64,000 bases of DNA from Trypanosoma brucei (taxonomy: Eukaryota): positions 1,856,001 through 1,920,000 of the forward strand of contig CM000207.1 of NCBI GenBank assembly GCA_000002445.1. Direction: 5' to 3'. Positions 10,051 to 21,569 of this stretch are shown piece by piece. How positions within the stretch are numbered: the first letter of the stretch is position 1; each line of letters opens with the position of its first letter. The position numbers and the translations under genes are program-made. Below the pieces are notes generated by a model. That model did no database searches and was not told where the DNA came from. It saw only the letters and a program-made list of their open reading frames with translations.

Positions 10051-10625
10051 AATGCCGGTGTTATCCGCCAGTGTTGTGCCAGATATATCAGCTGTTTCCT
10101 CTATGATGTTAAAAGAAGTTTTGTAGTAGGGTAAAATCTGACATCCGACCATGAAGGTACGAATTTAATGTGCTTTCATGTGCTTCTGCTATTGTGGTTG
10201 CACAGAGGCGCTATGTCTGAGAATTTCTATCTTTCTCCACTTCTTTTACTTACTTTCCTCCTTCACTGCTTTACTCCCACACTATTTTTTAATCGTTGTT
10301 ACAACTGCTTGGTTCGAGTGCCCTCAGGTATTGTGGTGTTTGTTGCTTATCGCCATCACAGGTTCAAGAGGCACAAGAAGTGGATATCACTGTTTATGAT
10401 TGTGCTGGTTTTGTTTCGTAAGCGCGTATACAATATTACTGATGTATAACACGATATTCAGGTAAAGATTATCAGGAGTAACTGACTGAGATAACATCAT
10501 GCACCACTCTGACCAATACTTCTCCCCTACTGTGGTTATGGAATATGTTTCCCTCCATGATGCCATGACAAGACTATAAAAGCACAGTTTGAACTGACTT
10601 CACAAGACGGACGAGAACGTCGCTG

Positions 10626-10712
10626 CAATATTCTGATGATTGGAAGGGCATATGGGTGAATATATGTGACAGTGAAGCACAATTTACACGGATTCACCCT
10701 GACTTATATTTT
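10626..10712 (+). ncRNA. Candidate C/D-box snoRNA, copy 2 of 3
   Basis: Same element one repeat period downstream, with the C box TGATGA at 10634-10639 and the D box CTGA at 10699-10702. Confidence 0.38.
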
Positions 10713-11287
10713 AATGCCGGTGTTATCCGCCAGTGTTGTGCCAGATATATCAGCTGTTTCCTCTATGATGTTAAAAGAAGTTTTGTAGTAGGGTAAAATC
10801 TGACATCCGACCATGAAGGTACGAATTTAATGTGCTTTCATGTGCTTCTGCTATTGTGGTTGCACAGAGGCGCTATGTCTGAGAATTTCTATCTTTCTCC
10901 ACTTCTTTTACTTACTTTCCTCCTTCACTGCTTTACTCCCACACTATTTTTTAATCGTTGTTACAACTGCTTGGTTCGAGTGCCCTCAGGTATTGTGGTG
11001 TTTGTTGCTTATCGCCATCACAGGTTCAAGAGGCACAAGAAGTGGATATCACTGTTTATGATTGTGCTGGTTTTGTTTCGTAAGCGTGTATACAATATTA
11101 CTGATGTATAACACGATATTCAGGTAAAGATTATCAGGAGTAACTGACTGAGATAACATCATGCACCACTCTGACCAATACTTTTCCCCTACTGTGGTTG
11201 TGGAATATGTTTCCCTCCATGATGCCATGACAAGACTATAAAAGCACAGTTTGAACTGACTTCACAAGACGGACGAGAACGTCGCTG

Positions 11288-11374
11288 CAATATTCTGATG
11301 ATTGGAAGGGCATATGGGTGAATATATGTGACAGTGAAGCACAATTTACACGGATTCACCCTGACTTATATTTT
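11288..11374 (+). ncRNA. Candidate C/D-box snoRNA, copy 3 of 3
   Basis: Same element two repeat periods downstream. Confidence 0.38.
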
Positions 11375-11904
11375 AATGCCGGTGTTATCCGCCAGTGTTG
11401 TGCCAGATATATCAGCTGTTTCCTCTATGATGTTAAAAGAAGTTTTGTAGTAGGGTAAAATCTGACATCCGACCATGAAGGTACGAATTTAATGTGCTTT
11501 CATGTGCTTCTGCTATTGTGGTTGCACAGAGGCGCTATGTCTGAGAATTTCTATCTTTCTCCACTTCTTTTACTTACTTTCCTCCTTCACTGCTTTACTC
11601 CCACACTATTTTTTAATCGTTGTTACAACTGCTTGGTTCGAGTGCCCTCAGGTATTGTGGTGTTTGTGGCTTATCGCCATCACAGGTTCAAGAGGCACAA
11701 GAAGTAGATATCACTGTTTATGATTGTGCTGGTTTTGTTTCGTAAGCGCGTATACAATATTACTGATGTATAACACGATATTCAGGTAAAGATTAATAAT
11801 GAGTAAATGTATTAATTTTTCTTTACTATTATTTTAACTAATTAGCTGACGGCTGTGTGTTTTGAAGTCTGTGTGTTGTACTTGGTATGTATTGTTATTG
11901 TTTG

Positions 11905-11945
11905 TGTATTCTTTTTTTCTTTTTCTTTTTTTCATTTTGTGAGGG
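11905..11945 (+). promoter_or_regulatory. Polypyrimidine tract upstream of the cystathionine gamma-lyase-like gene
   Basis: A T/C-rich run (ttctttttttctttttctttttttcattttgtgag) 50-90 nt upstream of the ATG at 11992. Confidence 0.35.
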
Positions 11946-11991
11946 AAAGCTTTGCCTTATTTTTGTTTTGCTTTACTTTATCGAATCGAAA

Positions 11992-13224
11992 ATGTCTAAG
12001 CAGCAGCATTTGGTTTCTGATTTTGAAGATGGCTCTGGTTCATGGTCTAATATCGAACAGGGGTTTGATACTCTTCTTGTTCATGGGGGTGTGAAGCCGG
12101 ATCCAGTGACAGGAGCTGTGCTTACTCCCATTTATCAAAGCACGACGTTTGTTCAAGAGTCAATTGAACTTTATCAATCCAGGGGATTTAGTTATACCCG
12201 GAGTGCAAATCCTACCGTGAAGGCATTAGAGGAAAAGCTGTGCGCGGTGGAGAAGGGTGATTACGCCACGGTATACAGCACAGGTATGGCCGCCACTACA
12301 ACTGTTGTGTCTGCTCTGATGAATGCTGGTGATCATGCTATTGTCACTGACTGCAGTTATGGTGGAACGAATCGTGCGTGCCGTGTGTTTTTTACTCGAT
12401 TTGGTATGGAGTTCACATTTGTCGATATGCGTGATCTGAGCAATGTGGAGAAGGCCATTAAGTCGAACACAAAATTAGTAATCTCTGAAACCCCTGCCAA
12501 TCCTACGTTAACTCTCACTGACATCAGAGCACTGTCAAAGATATGCAAGGCAAAAGGTCTTCTTCATGTTTGTGACAACACTTTTGCAACGGCTTTCATC
12601 ATGCGGCCAATCGACCTTGGTGCTGATGTCAGCCTCATCAGCACAACAAAGTTTGTTGACGGCCATAACATGACGGTTGGTGGTGCACTCGTGACGAAGC
12701 GGAAGGATCTTGATGAGAAACTCCGACTGACGCAGAATATTCTCGGAAATGCCATGTCTCCGTTTGTGGCATTCTTACAACTACAGACAATGAAAACTAT
12801 GTCTCTACGTGTCACTAAACAAAGTGCCAACGCACAGAAGGTGGCGGAATTCCTTGAGACACACCCTATTGTTGATAAGGTGTCCTACCCCGGCCTCAAA
12901 AGCTTTCCGCAGAAGGAACTCGCTGATCGTCAACATTCCAACGGCAATCATGGCGGTATGTTGTGGTTTGAATTGAAGGGTGGCACGGCGGCGGGTCGCC
13001 GTCTGATGGATACCGTCCAACGCCCCTGGTCACTTTGTGAGAATCTTGGAGCAACGGAGAGTATTATCACATGCCCATCTGTCATGACACACGCCAATAT
13101 GACAACTGAGGACCGATTGAAGGTTGGAATTACGGATGGGTTCATTCGTGTTTCCTGCGGTATTGAAGACGCTGAGGATCTCGTTGCCGCTCTTAAGAAA
13201 GCGCTGGATGCCATGTGCCATTAG
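11992..13224 (+). CDS. Cys/Met-metabolism PLP-dependent enzyme (cystathionine gamma-lyase / methionine gamma-lyase family)
   Basis: A 410-aa protein with family motifs: TLLVHGG, PIYQSTTF, SRSANPT, GMAAT, DCSYGGT, and the PLP-lysine region SLISTTKFVDGH. The ORF-track N-terminus (from 11887) translates a polypyrimidine leader, and the first sensible ATG (MSKQQHL) is at 11992. Confidence 0.85.
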   Translation: MSKQQHLVSDFEDGSGSWSNIEQGFDTLLVHGGVKPDPVTGAVLTPIYQSTTFVQESIELYQSRGFSYTRSANPTVKALEEKLCAVEKGDYATVYSTGMAATTTVVSALMNAGDHAIVTDCSYGGTNRACRVFFTRFGMEFTFVDMRDLSNVEKAIKSNTKLVISETPANPTLTLTDIRALSKICKAKGLLHVCDNTFATAFIMRPIDLGADVSLISTTKFVDGHNMTVGGALVTKRKDLDEKLRLTQNILGNAMSPFVAFLQLQTMKTMSLRVTKQSANAQKVAEFLETHPIVDKVSYPGLKSFPQKELADRQHSNGNHGGMLWFELKGGTAAGRRLMDTVQRPWSLCENLGATESIITCPSVMTHANMTTEDRLKVGITDGFIRVSCGIEDAEDLVAALKKALDAMCH

Positions 13225-14712
13225 TAAAGAGTGGCTGTGAAGTGGGAAGGGGATTATTAGGAATGAAACTGCACTGTAGTTTCGAAATTCCCTTCTTTAT
13301 TTTTTTTTATTCTCCCTTTTTTCCCCCTCCTCTTTATGTTTTTCTCAATGATTAGCTTCTCCCAGCTTTGAGTGATCATTTGAGTTGAATGTGACTTCAT
13401 ACCGCGTGACGGCAATATTTTCAAGGAAAAAACATTGTTCTTACCTCTATTCTTAGCAGATTCTTCAGGCGGCTATGATTGGAGGCGTGAATAAAAGTTT
13501 GTCAACAACACGATAAAAAAGAATAACAGTAGAGGGTTTCCTGTCGTTCGTGAATGATTATTTATGTAGGAATAAAAAGAAAATCAGTGAGTTGTGAACC
13601 TAATGATTCAAATTGTGAACACAAGCGGGTATTTGAGCAAACGTGTTCAGATAAATCACTTTTTGTTTGTTTGTTTGCCTTTGCTACATCTGCTGTGAAT
13701 CTTTTCGTTTAATTTGGTGTGATGCTCACTTTATTTTAAGGTCCAACTGTACGATCACTCGAAACTACGTTCGGACGCATCAAAAAAATAATAATAATCC
13801 AAGAAGCAAACAAAGCTATGGTAGAGGAAAACAGGAAGAGAATTAAATGAAATTAATATTAGGAGCAGCGAGAAGATGTGGGGGGGAAAATATCGACCGA
13901 CACCACATGGATTAAAAGGAAGGGGTAAAAGGTTTCAAACTAAAAGGAAGGAAAAAAAAAAAGACGGTCATCCACCCAATATTAATGATGATGGTTATCG
14001 TTATCGTTATCGTCTTTTTCCCCCCTCTCCCCTCCCTCAAATGAATAAATTCATTCATTTAATTTTGTTCTGTTACTTTTGGTCGCTAGTGCTGTTTTAC
14101 CATTTGGTTTCATCCCAATTTGATTATTGTTGTGAAGTTTTATCTTTGATTTTTTTTTAATTTTTATCATATTGGGTGCTCGTTCGTTATTTCTCACGTC
14201 AACATCCAATGACGTTTGTTCTTTTATTTTATCAAATAATTTATATTTAAGTTTGTACATGGGTGTGACCGCGTGGGTTGCATTATGTACATCATTTTCT
14301 TCTGTAGCAACAACAACAACAAAAGAGATGCTTGTGTTTTACCATATATTCCATCTTTTTCTTAAATTTTAAAGAAAAAAAAATAACACTTCATAATTCT
14401 CTGTTGTTTTATTTATCCTGTCTTTTTGTTGTTGTTTATCTTACGGGCACATTCATCCTTTCTTGTAAATTTCTTTCCCGTCTTTCTCCTCCTTTTTTTT
14501 TAATAATTTCTATTAACCTCCGTCGGATTACACTAAAGGAAACAGCTGTAGCGAGGGCTGTGGAAGGTCGGAGACAGTCCATTAACTAAGAAACGACTGC
14601 CACTACCGTTAAAACGAACAAGGCTAAATCTGAAAAGTAAAGGCAAAAGAGAAAAAAGAAACAGCAAAAATTGAGTAAATAAATAAAGGGAGCAACACCA
14701 ACAACATCAACA

Positions 14713-15228
14713 ATGCCACCAAAGCGTGCTGGAAAATCAAAAAAGAAGCCAAAGCCACCACCCCCTGTTGTGTTTTACATTTCTACAATCGAGGAATTCA
14801 GTGAAAAGGTGGAGAAATATGAGGGTTGTTGCCTTGTGGCCACTGTCGCGACTCACTGCAGCATGTGCTCCACTACTGTTGTACCATATCTGGAGAATCT
14901 CAATACCTCAAGACCAGCGGCGCTTGCCGCACTGAACATTGTGGTGATTAATGTCGACACCGAGTCTGCGGAATTGTGCAAGTCGCTTCAGTTTGGTGCC
15001 ATTCCAACTTTCTTTTCCTATTCATACGGAAAGCTGATGCACACTTTCTCCGGTAATAATATGGACAAGGCGTTGTTAATAGCGAAAATAGCTGCCCAGC
15101 AGGCTGAACTAGATAAGGCTGAAGCTGCAGCAGCGGCTAAGGAACTAGTAAATGCTGCAGGTGGAACTGCTCCTGACGGCGCTGCTGGCGTTGCAGATGC
15201 GGCCCCCGCACCGGCAGCAGTTGAATGA
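14713..15228 (+). CDS. Thioredoxin-fold protein with an atypical C-S-M-C active-site motif, a polybasic N-terminus and an Ala-rich C-terminus
   Basis: VATVATHCSMCSTTVVPYLENL parallels the thioredoxin motif F-W-A-x-W-C-G-P-C-K..AP..E.L. The downstream cis-Pro region IPTFFSYSYGKLMHTFSG parallels IPTLLLFKNGE. The N-terminus is MPPKRAGKSKKKPKPPPP and the C-terminal 40 aa are Ala/Glu-rich low complexity. Confidence 0.65.
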   Translation: MPPKRAGKSKKKPKPPPPVVFYISTIEEFSEKVEKYEGCCLVATVATHCSMCSTTVVPYLENLNTSRPAALAALNIVVINVDTESAELCKSLQFGAIPTFFSYSYGKLMHTFSGNNMDKALLIAKIAAQQAELDKAEAAAAAKELVNAAGGTAPDGAAGVADAAPAPAAVE

Positions 15229-16212
15229 AACGGTGCACCATGCAGTAGAGCTGGGCTCCGTTATGTATATGAATGTGCATGTTAGATGGTTGAAAAGTAT
15301 TTTAAGTTGGACTGTTGAAGGGATGAAAGACACTTTCAGGGGATGTAGAGCGTTTCTTACTGAGCCTGTTTGTTGTTCCTTTTTTGTTGTTGTTGTTCTA
15401 ACGGTCAAACTTAATACTTGATATGCCCAACTTGGTCGATTTTGCGCTTTGATGGGTGGGTGTAAACCCATTTCTTATACTTTGTTTTCTGTTTCTTGTT
15501 CACCTCTCCTTCAATTGTCTATTTCTTATTTATTTTTTTGTTGTGCTTTTCTTTTATATTCTGTCTTGCTGCTATATATTTTGTTTTACTGACCCCACGG
15601 ATTATACGTAAAGGGGGGTGTATATATGTATACGCTCACGTGGATTTGTAAGGTTATAAAACGCTTAAAGAATAGGTGATGAAAAATAATGAGTGCAAAG
15701 GAGGATGAAAACAGTCATATGAAGTAATCATTAATCTCATGGTCACTGCATTTGTAGCATGATGTCGCGCAATTTGGCCTTATTTCACGAGCTCATTTGC
15801 TGATAATTCCACTAGAAGCGTCGACGAACTCTCTTTTCTGTGCTGCTGATTGTATCTGCATGGCTGCGGGAAGAAGGGCTAATATGGAGGATATTACGCG
15901 AAGGACCCTCCGTACAAAAAGGTGCTTCTTTCATTTCCTGTTAAGTTACGGATTCTTTTTAATTCGTTTCCAATACTAATCTTTACTTTTCTTTTCTCTT
16001 CTTTTCTTTTGTAGAAAATAAAAAAAAAGGACTCCCTTGTCTATTGGCCACGGTTTGGTGGTCAGAGGGGGAGTGGGTGAGTGCGTGCGTGGGAAACAGA
16101 CACATACGGACAGGAGGGGTAACTTAGATAGGAGTGAGCAGAGAGAGAGAGAGAAGTCAAAGAAAAGAGGGGAAAGAAAAATAAAGGGAGGTTAAAGTTG
16201 AAAAAAAAGAAA

Positions 16213-18258
16213 ATGGCAACCACGAACCCCCAGCAGCGTCGGACCCACGCAGCGAAGGTTGTTCTCTCGCAGTTGTATGCTACATGGGTAACGAGCGAAA
16301 GTGGTATGACAGAAATAGAGAAAGCCATTGAGGAAATAATGAGCCTGCAGCAAAAGGGTAGGAAAACTAACGGTAGCCCACCAAATGAAAGTAGTAATGC
16401 AACTAACCGGCATTCAGCGGAGCCCCAGCAACAGCGCAACCCCGCTGACGCTCAAAATAATTACCACTCGGATCCCAACACAACTCCCGTCCAAGCCACA
16501 CCACGCCGTAGTTCTTCTCCGCAACCAACATCGCCGGGGAACGCGCGTCGTCGGCAAGGAGATGATGCACCGCGTTCGCCGAGTCCCGTACACAAAACAC
16601 GTTTATATGGCGTGGATGAACTCGACTTCTCCCATCGTGTGGGTTCCCCCGGTGGGACGACTACCGCTTCACCGGGCGGAATTCATCACGTGAAACCTGT
16701 CGTCGACCCGATGGCACCAGTGCCGCACTTGAGTAGTAGCACTGGTGTCACTAATAACAACATTAGTGGCGTCAGCAACAACAGTAACGTCAACGTAGCG
16801 TCGATTCAACCAACTACGCACTTCCTTAGCCCCGGTTCGCTGGATGTTTCTGTCACCTCTGTAGTTGTGCCAAATGAATCATTCGCTTCTATAGAAACGA
16901 GCGTTGCGGGGAGCTCGATGCCATCACAGCGTGTAGTGCATCTCTCAGGAAACTTCGCTTCCCTCCCTCCCGAGAATGTAGAGCGTGCTACACTTAACGA
17001 TATCCCGGTGTTTTATAGTGGTAAGGATCGAAAAGGTGGAAGAAAGTCGCTTGTAGAAGCGGAAGAGCATGCATTACGAAATTTCTTTGCTCTTAAGGGC
17101 TCGGCGGTGAACCGAAAGGTAGCGAAGGGCGCGGTGGCACCGATTGATGCAAGCAAAACCGTGAGAAAGGGCCAGTTTGGTAAACTTTGCCAGGATGTTT
17201 TTGGTGTGCCGACGTGGTTGAAGGATGCATTATTTCGCCGCATTGCGGTGACGTCTGGTGTCTCTGAATCGACCGCTCTCACATATGAACAGATATCGAC
17301 CTTCTACTACAATGTATTTGGGCCTCTTTCCATTAACAGACGCCTATTCGAGCTGCTGCGTAACGACTCGCGATCTGAGCACTTGACGCTGCAGAATCTC
17401 AAGGATGCCACACGTTACTTAGTCGACTCCCATCCAGGTCTTGAATTTCTTAAGCAACCGGAGTTTCAGGAGTATTACTGCCGAACAGTTGCGATTCGCA
17501 TAGTGTACTCTTTAGAGCGGCAGCAATGTGGTTTTATTAGTTGGTATGACTTCGATCGCAGTGATCTCCCCGAGGTTATGCAGGAGGTAGACGAAAAGGA
17601 CGTGAACGTAGTCCTTCAATACTTTTCTTATGAACACTTCTATGTACTGTACTGCAAGTTCTGGGAGCTGGATACTGATCGGGATCAACTGGTTGGTTTT
17701 GACGACATGTGTAAATATGGCCAGGGGGCTATTTGCCCATCTGTAATAAAGCGGGTTGTAGAGGGAGCTGGTCGTCCCCTCAAATCAGGAAAACCGGGGA
17801 AACTTGATTTCGAGGACTTTGTGTATTTTTGCCTCTCCGAGGAGGATAAGAACAGCCGCTCGGCGGTATATTACTGGTTTAAAGTGCTTGACGTTGATGG
17901 TGACGGCATTTTGAGTGGCTATGAGCTCTACGAATTTTTCCAGGAGAATCAACAGCGATTTTTAGAGTATTTTGAGTGCCCCGAGTCGGACCTTTCATAC
18001 CCTGATATGATGTGTCAGATGATGGACATGCTGGGCTTTTCGCATGTGTCGGAGGAGAAGTTTGGACTGAAACTGAGTGACCTGCACTCCTGTGCAACGC
18101 CAGCCAATTTCTTCAACATGGTGTTTAACGCGCACAAATTTATGCTCTTCGAACACCGCGATCCGTTCTTAGAGCATCAGCAAAAAGTGCGTCCCGAGAA
18201 AACAGAGTGGGATCGATTTGCTCGTGCTGAGTACGATCGTATGGCTAGTGAGGCGTAG
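16213..18258 (+). CDS. Protein phosphatase 2A regulatory subunit B'' family (PR72/PR70-like) with EF-hand motifs and a long S/T/P-rich N-terminal region
   Basis: The C-terminal 420 aa show the B'' pattern FVYFCLSEEDKNSRSAVYYWFKVLDVDGDGILSGYELYEFFQENQQR, a canonical EF-hand loop D-V-D-G-D-G-I-L-S-G-Y-E embedded in the conserved B'' helix. The ORF-track start at 16198 is a TTG, and the first ATG is at 16213 (MATTNPQQ). The assignment was made by eye only. Confidence 0.6.
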   Translation: MATTNPQQRRTHAAKVVLSQLYATWVTSESGMTEIEKAIEEIMSLQQKGRKTNGSPPNESSNATNRHSAEPQQQRNPADAQNNYHSDPNTTPVQATPRRSSSPQPTSPGNARRRQGDDAPRSPSPVHKTRLYGVDELDFSHRVGSPGGTTTASPGGIHHVKPVVDPMAPVPHLSSSTGVTNNNISGVSNNSNVNVASIQPTTHFLSPGSLDVSVTSVVVPNESFASIETSVAGSSMPSQRVVHLSGNFASLPPENVERATLNDIPVFYSGKDRKGGRKSLVEAEEHALRNFFALKGSAVNRKVAKGAVAPIDASKTVRKGQFGKLCQDVFGVPTWLKDALFRRIAVTSGVSESTALTYEQISTFYYNVFGPLSINRRLFELLRNDSRSEHLTLQNLKDATRYLVDSHPGLEFLKQPEFQEYYCRTVAIRIVYSLERQQCGFISWYDFDRSDLPEVMQEVDEKDVNVVLQYFSYEHFYVLYCKFWELDTDRDQLVGFDDMCKYGQGAICPSVIKRVVEGAGRPLKSGKPGKLDFEDFVYFCLSEEDKNSRSAVYYWFKVLDVDGDGILSGYELYEFFQENQQRFLEYFECPESDLSYPDMMCQMMDMLGFSHVSEEKFGLKLSDLHSCATPANFFNMVFNAHKFMLFEHRDPFLEHQQKVRPEKTEWDRFARAEYDRMASEA

Positions 18259-19314
18259 TAGTAGATTATAGATACGCATGCATGTGCGAATGTGGTGGGT
18301 TCCCAAAGGTGTTTACAGTGGAATCCATATTTGCATTTGCGTACATTCAACGGTGGGGTGGGGTGGGGTGGGTGGATGTATTAATGAATCATTCGCCACA
18401 GAGTGTCTTGAGAAAATTGCTTTTTCCTCTCCCTTTGTTTTGATTTTCATTATCTCGTTAAATGTTCTGTGTTGTCGTTAGTGTTGTATTGCCAGGTTGC
18501 GACGTGTTTGATGGGTCTTAATCCCATGTGGGATGATGCTGGGAAAAAGGAAGGGGAGGAAATTATGATTAATACAATGATGAGGTGTATTGAGAGGGCA
18601 GTTGTCGGTGGATGCAATCATTGAGGTGGGGTTAGAGTTGAATGAAGTGAAGTGAAGTGAAAAAATGAAATGAAATGAAAGAAAAGTAAAGAATTCGATA
18701 CGGAATGGGGGGGAAGTAAACTGGATTGCGATACCTTCTTCTTGTTCTATAAATCCTTCTTTATTGCGCTCATCCTCCAACAACATTGTAAAGTTACGAT
18801 TAAACCTTTACTTTATTCGGTTGAACCCCGCCCCCCCCCTTCGTGGCCGACACTGTTTTATTCCTACAATTAGGGTTCGTTAATGGTTAAGCGAATGAAG
18901 AAGGAGTGAAGAAGGGAAAATAATGAGTTGAAGGTTGGGAAAATTAGCTGCTTTACGGTTTCCACCGCATTCGATACCTTCTTTCTTTCCTTGTTTATTT
19001 CCTTTTCCTCGCCTCCACCGCTACATTTTCTCTGCCTTTCGTTGTTGTTGTTGTTTCATTAGTTTGTTTGTGACACTCATTCATCCCAAACGGTATGATT
19101 ACATAAATTCGCGCGTTGACATGCGTGAGTTAGGCGTTTTTAGGTGATTTGTTTTTCGCATTTGCGGTGCTTCAGCTCAATCGACTCTCTTTCCCATTGT
19201 TCAGACTTTTGTTTTTATGCGGTGTTGTGATTTGCTCGCCTGTTTTTTGTTTGGTTTCCTGATTGCTGTCAACTCCACACGTTTTTTGTATGTTCTGCCG
19301 CATTCAGAGAGCAA

Positions 19315-19333
19315 TATATATATATATATATAT
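19315..19333. repeat. Microsatellite (TA)9
   Basis: Perfect dinucleotide run. Confidence 0.9.
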
Positions 19334-21528
19334 TTCGTGAGTATGCGGAATGAAAAAAAAAAAAGAATATACCATGCATTCACTGTCGCTCATTTTCCAG
19401 TTAAAAAAAACCGGTGGAAGGAATTAAACAGAGTAGGGAAACAAAGAAACAAACAAGCAAACACAACAGGAAAATAAAAGGAAAGAAAAAAAGACGGAAT
19501 ACACAATGAAAGTTATTGGAAGAGAGGGGCATGTGGGAGCGCAGTTGCTGTCTCTTTTTTTGTTTGTTTCTGCTATCATCATCATCACCACCATTTCATG
19601 TTTCTTCACGGACAATCGTATATATTTATAAATATTTATATATTTATACGTATATTTCTATATTTTGTTTATTTATTTGTGTTTTTTAGTTACACTCTTT
19701 TTGTGCGTGTGCGTGTATGCCCCATGTGAATTTGTTTCTATTCACTCTTTTCCTTACATGTGTTAACAAACAAGCATTGGGGCAAAATGATGCATTGTTG
19801 AATGGAAGGTAAGAAGATTCAAAGGACAACGGAACAGAAAGGAAAATTAAAAAAAAATGAACGAAAACAAACTGAATGCATCGAAAGATGGGAAACAAAC
19901 AAAAACAGGAACTACAACAGCAACAGGAACAAAAAAAAAGAAAGAAAAAGAAAACATCAAAATGGAAAGAAGTTTGCTGCTTTTCATTATTCCTTTCCTC
20001 ATTTCCCTCCCTCTTCCTCCTTTTTTTTTTTCGTTCCTCCTGTTGCTGTTGATCTCGCTGCGATTTATTCATTTTTCCCCTTTCCCAATATTTCCCCTCT
20101 GCGGTGTTTACTCCTTTCTTCTTTTTCTTTTTTTTTCTTCATATAAATATATTTTATTATATTTTATAGATAAATAATGTTAACATTAACAGTTAATACT
20201 CTTCCCATCCTTTATTGGCTGTTTTTTTTTAACCCTTCCATTATTTCCATATGTTTGTGTTTGTTGCTTTACTACGGTTAAAATTTTTGTTCATGTTATT
20301 TTATTACAAGTCTTAAACTCAACTTATTCTATCTCCTTTTCTTTTTTTCTTCTTTCTTTTTTCTCTTTCGCTATAATATAATTAACTTTTACTACTGCAA
20401 TATGTTGGTTGAAATTAGTTTCAGTCCCACTCGCACACGCTCACAAATCAATCATAAACTGAAGTGAAAGGGAGTAATAAAACGGAAGGTATAAAATAGA
20501 TCAATTCACAAGGAAAAGAAACTAAAATTATTTAAAATAACTTCCACATATTCATACATACATACACACACACACACAAAAAAGAAAAATAATTGAGAAC
20601 AAAAAAAATTCATTAAAGGGAGAAACGTCTTTACATCGGGTTAAAACCCCTCCCCAAGAAAATAAATAAAATCAAAGCAAAAAAAAACACTGTGTGAGTC
20701 GGTAACTCGACATTAAACGGGTTTGTTTATTTTTTCTTTGATTTTTCTTTTTTACTTTTTTTTGTTCCCCTTATTCCACCTTCAAAAAAAAAAAAACTTT
20801 CTCTCTTTTTTTTTTCCTCTTTACCACACAGGCTTCTGCGAGCAAGTAGAAACACCATTTGCTCTTTAAAAAAAAAAAAAAAATACAAAAAAAAAGAGAG
20901 AAAAGAGAAACAAAATAAAAAGCAACACATCAAAGGAAGCAAAAAAAAAAAGTACGGCGAGTCAAAACGTCAAATACAAAAAACAAAAGGTGCAACTAAA
21001 CTTTAAAAAGATTTTTTTTTAAAAAAAAAAGAAGGAAAAAAAACAAGAAGTCAGTCGATTCCACTCATTTCAAGGAGACAAAGAACGAAAAGACAACAAG
21101 AAAGAAAAAAGTAGTGCAGAAGGATTGAACCGCGGGGCCCGCCTACAAGGAGGACGAAGCAGGGAAAGTAAAACAAAAGGGATTTTTTTTAAAAAAAAGA
21201 AAAAAAAGAAAAAAAAGTTTATTTATATATTTGTTCATTTATACCAGTGGCCGAATTATACAAGTCAAAGCAAAGCAAAGCAAAGCAACAAGTAACAATA
21301 ACAATAGCAAAACACGCCCGCACAAAGTGCAAAGGAGGACGTTCAATACATTATTTTTGGTCACTGGGACTGGAAAATTGGATAAAGGAGGCTGAATCAG
21401 AGGACTTGCAGCGCGACTCCACCAAAAAATAAAAATTAAAAAAAATTAAAAAAAAATCAACACGCATACATTATAAAGCAAATCAAACAGGAAAAAAGTT
21501 TTTTAAAAAAAAAACAAAGCAAAGCGAA

Positions 21529-21530
<2 letters not shown>

Positions 21531-21567
<37 letters not shown>
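21531..21567. repeat. Microsatellite (AT)18
   Basis: A perfect dinucleotide run inside the long intergenic region. Confidence 0.95.

Positions 21568-21569
<2 letters not shown>

Larger units (their letters stand above)
9701..11795 (+). repeat. Tandem array of about 3.2 copies of a 662-bp unit (putative snoRNA gene cluster)
   Basis: A near-perfect direct repeat with a 662-nt period (for example ttcaagaggcacaagaagtggatatcactg at 9701, 10363, 11025 and 11687). The last copy is truncated near 11795. The ORF-track ORFs inside it (93 aa and 73 aa) are hydrophobic low-complexity and repeat identically, so they are not convincing coding sequence. Confidence 0.95.

Noticed and set aside
10168-11723. 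ORFs of 93 aa and 73 aa repeated in each 662-bp unit
   Set aside because: They are hydrophobic low-complexity peptides (MCFHVLLLLWLHRG...) locked to the repeat phase, and the 662-nt unit is not a multiple of 3. The C/D-box structure explains the conservation better than coding does.
9701-11795. Whether the 662-bp direct repeats could be a CRISPR-like array or a transposon
   Set aside because: This is eukaryotic (kinetoplastid) DNA. The units are long, contiguous and spacerless, and there are no terminal inverted repeats, target-site duplications or transposase/RT ORFs. The signature is that of a tandem ncRNA or satellite array, not a mobile element or CRISPR.
16198-16212. An upstream TTG-initiated extension (MKKKK) of the PP2A B''-like ORF, and similar GTG/TTG starts at 5197, 28746, 30814 and 38016
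   Set aside because: The ORF track allows non-ATG starts. Trypanosomatid nuclear genes use ATG, so each start was moved to the first in-frame ATG.
21110-21170. A tRNA-like T-loop motif GGTTCAATCC on the minus strand
   Set aside because: The putative T-stem flanks (CGCGG and CTTCT) cannot base-pair, and no acceptor or anticodon arms can be built around it. It is not a tRNA.
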